Notes under the pieces: model-generated
The model's input: the letters and a program-made list of their open reading frames with translations, nothing else
Database searches by the model: none
What the model was told of the DNA's origin: nothing
Assembly: GCA_003568945.1 (NCBI GenBank)
Contig: BDIP01000001.1
Span: 1 to 35,340 of the forward strand
Source of the DNA: Kipferlia bialata
Lineage: Eukaryota
DNA length: 35,340 nt
Reading direction: 5' to 3'
Made by a program: the position numbers and the translations under genes
Shown here: positions 32,265 to 35,340 of the stretch, piece by piece
How the letters are laid out: every line of letters begins with the position of its first letter
How positions within the stretch are numbered: the first letter of the stretch is position 1

Positions 32265-34641
32265 ATGGCCCATACGACTGTGACGCTGCGGAAGGTCCCT
32301 CTACCCTGTCATGGCTGTTTCTATGACTGTGGCACTGCACTGCTGTCGGATAGATCAGTGATGGTGGTGGGGATGAATGAGAGGTGTGTCGGTATTGATT
32401 CCATATATTGTATATACCATACTATATGTCAGCTAATTGTCTGCATAAGAATCTTGTGATTAGAGTATTGCAGGAGCAGGCACAAGTCAAATAATCACAT
32501 TTGAGTGTTAACCCCCCCCCCCCCCTGAATTGTTCTGTAAATACAACACCTCGTTACAATTCCAAATCCTCGGACCCAACTATAGCAACATATACTTGTT
32601 GTCAATGGTCTCTCTCTCTCTCTCTGTCTACTCCCCCCCCCCACCATCTCTCTCGCAATTCTTCCCCATAGGGAGATTGAGCACGGTGACACACACCGCC
32701 ACCCCTGTGCCATCATATCCCTATGCACTGAGGGAGACACCCTGACACTACAGGCTACCCCCAGCCCTTCCCCTGTCAATCCACTTGTGTATGGCTGTAT
32801 AGTGGCTAGGTATGGGCTGAAGAATTCATGGATGTCTCTTTGTTTGCAGTTGGGCTCTGGGTATACTTCATTAGACATATAGATATATTAATTTTTAGAA
32901 ATATGTGCAATCGTTCTACCCTGTGTCACTAATACATTGATCATTCTCCCCCTCCCACCCTAGGGTAGGCCCGCACGTGTATGCGTTTGGCGGGTTTGAC
33001 GACTGGTCTGATGTGTTTGTCAGTGAGCTGCACCGATACACAGTTGACACAGACACGTGGGAGACAGTGGGGGGGCTGGACGCTAAGGAGGTTTGTACTA
33101 GTGCATCATACATCTACACTGTATATATATATATATACATAGACTGTGGACTCAGTCACCTGGGAGATTGTGGGGCTGTGGTCGAGAGATGTGTGGTATC
33201 TTTCACCTATATTCACAAATACATAGTATACTAGTACCAGGAAGTTCAGACATTGAGCCTCAATGATTGGGTTGAAGAACATACTCTTGTGACTGCAGAC
33301 TTGACTCACTCAGGTGAAGGCACGGATTAACTCGGGAGATTCCCTGGAATACTCCCTACATGGAAACACATGGCCTGTTCCTAGGTACAGTGCAATATGA
33401 ATGTGATCTCAAAACACTCCTGATACAATGTGTATCTGCACAGGTTACCCAGGAGGAGAATCCGCTGAAGACTCTTGAGCTTAGCTGTTCTCACCGCCAG
33501 GGGGGGTTGGGAGTATGAATGTGTTGGTGTGGGAGGACTGTTTATGGTGTCAGGTATGTATATGTAAACGTACAGGTTAATATTAGTGGCTATACCACTC
33601 CCACCCTCTAACTAGCCAAGGTGGTACAGACAACGACGGAGCTATTCTCCATGACACATGGGTGTATGACCCATCCACTGCGGTGTGGACAGAGGTATGA
33701 ATGTATACATATATACATGTGTGATATAGTAGGTGTGTATCTAGGCACATGCTGGTGTTGCCCTCATTTGGGTATTTTCGGCGCCCTATACCACGTACAT
33801 ATCATATATATAACGTTGACCTGGCTGGACACCCAAATCAGTCTCAGTGGATACCAGTCCATTGTGCCAGAATCAGTACTAGTGCTAGTATTAGACTTTG
33901 TATGATACTACCATTCAGGTGGACACCGGTGGTACAGTGTCTTGCCCAGATGAGGACCAACAGTATACCCTGATAGGTATGGGTGGCAAGTACCCAACAT
34001 TCAAAGAATGAGTAAGAACTTGCTATTTCAGTCTGATTCTAGGCGAATGTGAGTGCTTTGGGCACATATATCGGACATTCCACCTCTATGAGTACTGTAA
34101 AGCAGCAACAAGCGCAGCTGAGCCTGTAGAACAGGGATATGTTGGGGTTTGGACCACCACACCTACTCCAATCAGCGTCACAAGCGCAGTGGTTCTTACT
34201 CTACCCAGGTATACTGAGTGATAAGATAATTCCTTTGTACAGTATATATGTAGGCTACTTACTGCTCTTTCAGAGTATTTGACACCGTGATACAGTGTGT
34301 AAGAGGGCAGACACCATACTGAAAGTGAGCGCGACTCTCCCTCTCATCCCAGGACACGCATTCTGCTTGATGGCAAGGGTACCTACCACTGCCTAGATAC
34401 TGTATCTGGGGAGTGGTCCCCTGGGGCCGCGCCAGTACTCGAGGGAGCCGTCTCGAGGTGTGTGTGCATATCGATAGCTTGTTTCATTTGCCATACATGA
34501 TTGTGTGTTGCCAATACCAGCCGGGCCTTCTCCGAAGGCTCGGTCTGCATGTTCGGGGGAGAGTGGTCCATGTATGGGGTCTGTCATACCGCTGCTGGTA
34601 CGATGCTTGTCACAGTATCGCAGGAGGAGGATATCGTGTAG
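32265..34641 (+). CDS. Intron-rich Kelch-repeat protein
   Basis: VGPHVYAFGGF...SELHRYTVDTDTW, HDTWVYDPSTAVW, HCLDTVSGEW in spliced exons. TAG 34639-34641; some 5' exon borders uncertain. Confidence 0.72.
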
Positions 34642-34920
34642 TGGCATGTGTCGTCCCGACAGTGAGTGCTTCATTCTCGGAAAGTGCCCGAGTGAGCGCA
34701 CCATGCACTTCTGTACAGAAGTCTAAGATCATTTGGGAGCAAGACGAAGTGCAATATATACAGTCACTGTACTTAAGGTACTTGAGGTGAAGGGTGTAGA
34801 AGAGCCAGCAGAAACACACAAAACCATCTGGACCCTTTAGTCCTACACGCTTCACTCGCCCTGCTCTAACTGACGTCAATTACGTTGATATCATACAGTA
34901 GGAGAACACACACACACTGT

Positions 34921-35270
34921 ATGTCTCGCCTATCGAAGACAGACCTGATGGACGGTGTCCACCCCTATCTGTGTCTGTCCTATCTAGGGTGTGAAGATCT
35001 AAAGTTTTTCAGCTCTCCTGTGCAGATTGGAAGGTAAGGGTACACGTACAATGGAGTGTTTAGTAATTGGTGCCGGGACAATGATAGCCGAGGATAGGAA
35101 ACACATATATTATATAGATACTCTTTCCATAGCATATATCTGTGTATATGTGCTACATTGGGGTGAAGTCTGTATAAATGTTAGTAACCTGTTTACAAAT
35201 TCTTGACCTCAGGTGGCGTCTAATGTCCGAGAGAGAGGCATACCACATCACAGAGAGGCCAAGAGATGAG
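34921..35270 (+). CDS. 5' exons of a hypothetical protein truncated by the window end
   Basis: ATG 34921 MSRLSKTDL...QIGR, GTAAGG donor, TTGACCTCAG acceptor, WRLMSEREAYHITERPRDE, then a GTATCA donor. Confidence 0.55.
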
Positions 35271-35340
35271 GTATCAGATACTAGTACTTGCATGTAGTAC
35301 GTGCCCTCCCCCCCCCCCCCCCCCCCCGCCCCCTCCCGCC

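Noticed and set aside
32260..32271. TTAGCATGGCCC matches the U6 snRNA core
   Set aside because: No ACAGAGA box upstream or CAAGGATGAC downstream; it overlaps the Kelch start codon.
35020..35250. IGRWRLMSEREAY resembles an HMG-box helix
   Set aside because: Too short, the N-terminal HMG motifs are absent, and the gene is truncated.

Overview
Gene-dense, intron-rich eukaryotic DNA. Most introns are short GT-AG introns (about 80-100 nt) rich in (TA)n/(CT)n, with the branch point directly against the 3' splice site (CT[G/C/A]ACCCC[C]AG). This style suggests a free-living metamonad/fornicate such as Kipferlia (inference only). Manual splicing gives about 17 genes: a SPRY-protein 3' end, Nol9/Grc3 kinase, a Naa40-like GNAT with a long N-terminal extension, phosphopantetheine adenylyltransferase, a FAR1/Mutator-type zinc-finger protein, an MGCxxS acidic protein, RPL9, an ENT-domain protein, a CCT-domain protein, a Ubl(LRGG)-Zn-finger-RING-like protein, three Kelch-like paralogues and several hypothetical genes. 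The most striking signal is more than 20 'echo' copies of exon edges (about 25-45 nt, including the splice site), mostly about 100 bp away inside introns or 3' flanks. They differ from the real exon mainly at synonymous codon positions. There is also an intergenic tRNA-like element with encoded CCA next to palindromes, and recurring promoter motifs. All gene models are by eye and need RNA-seq confirmation.
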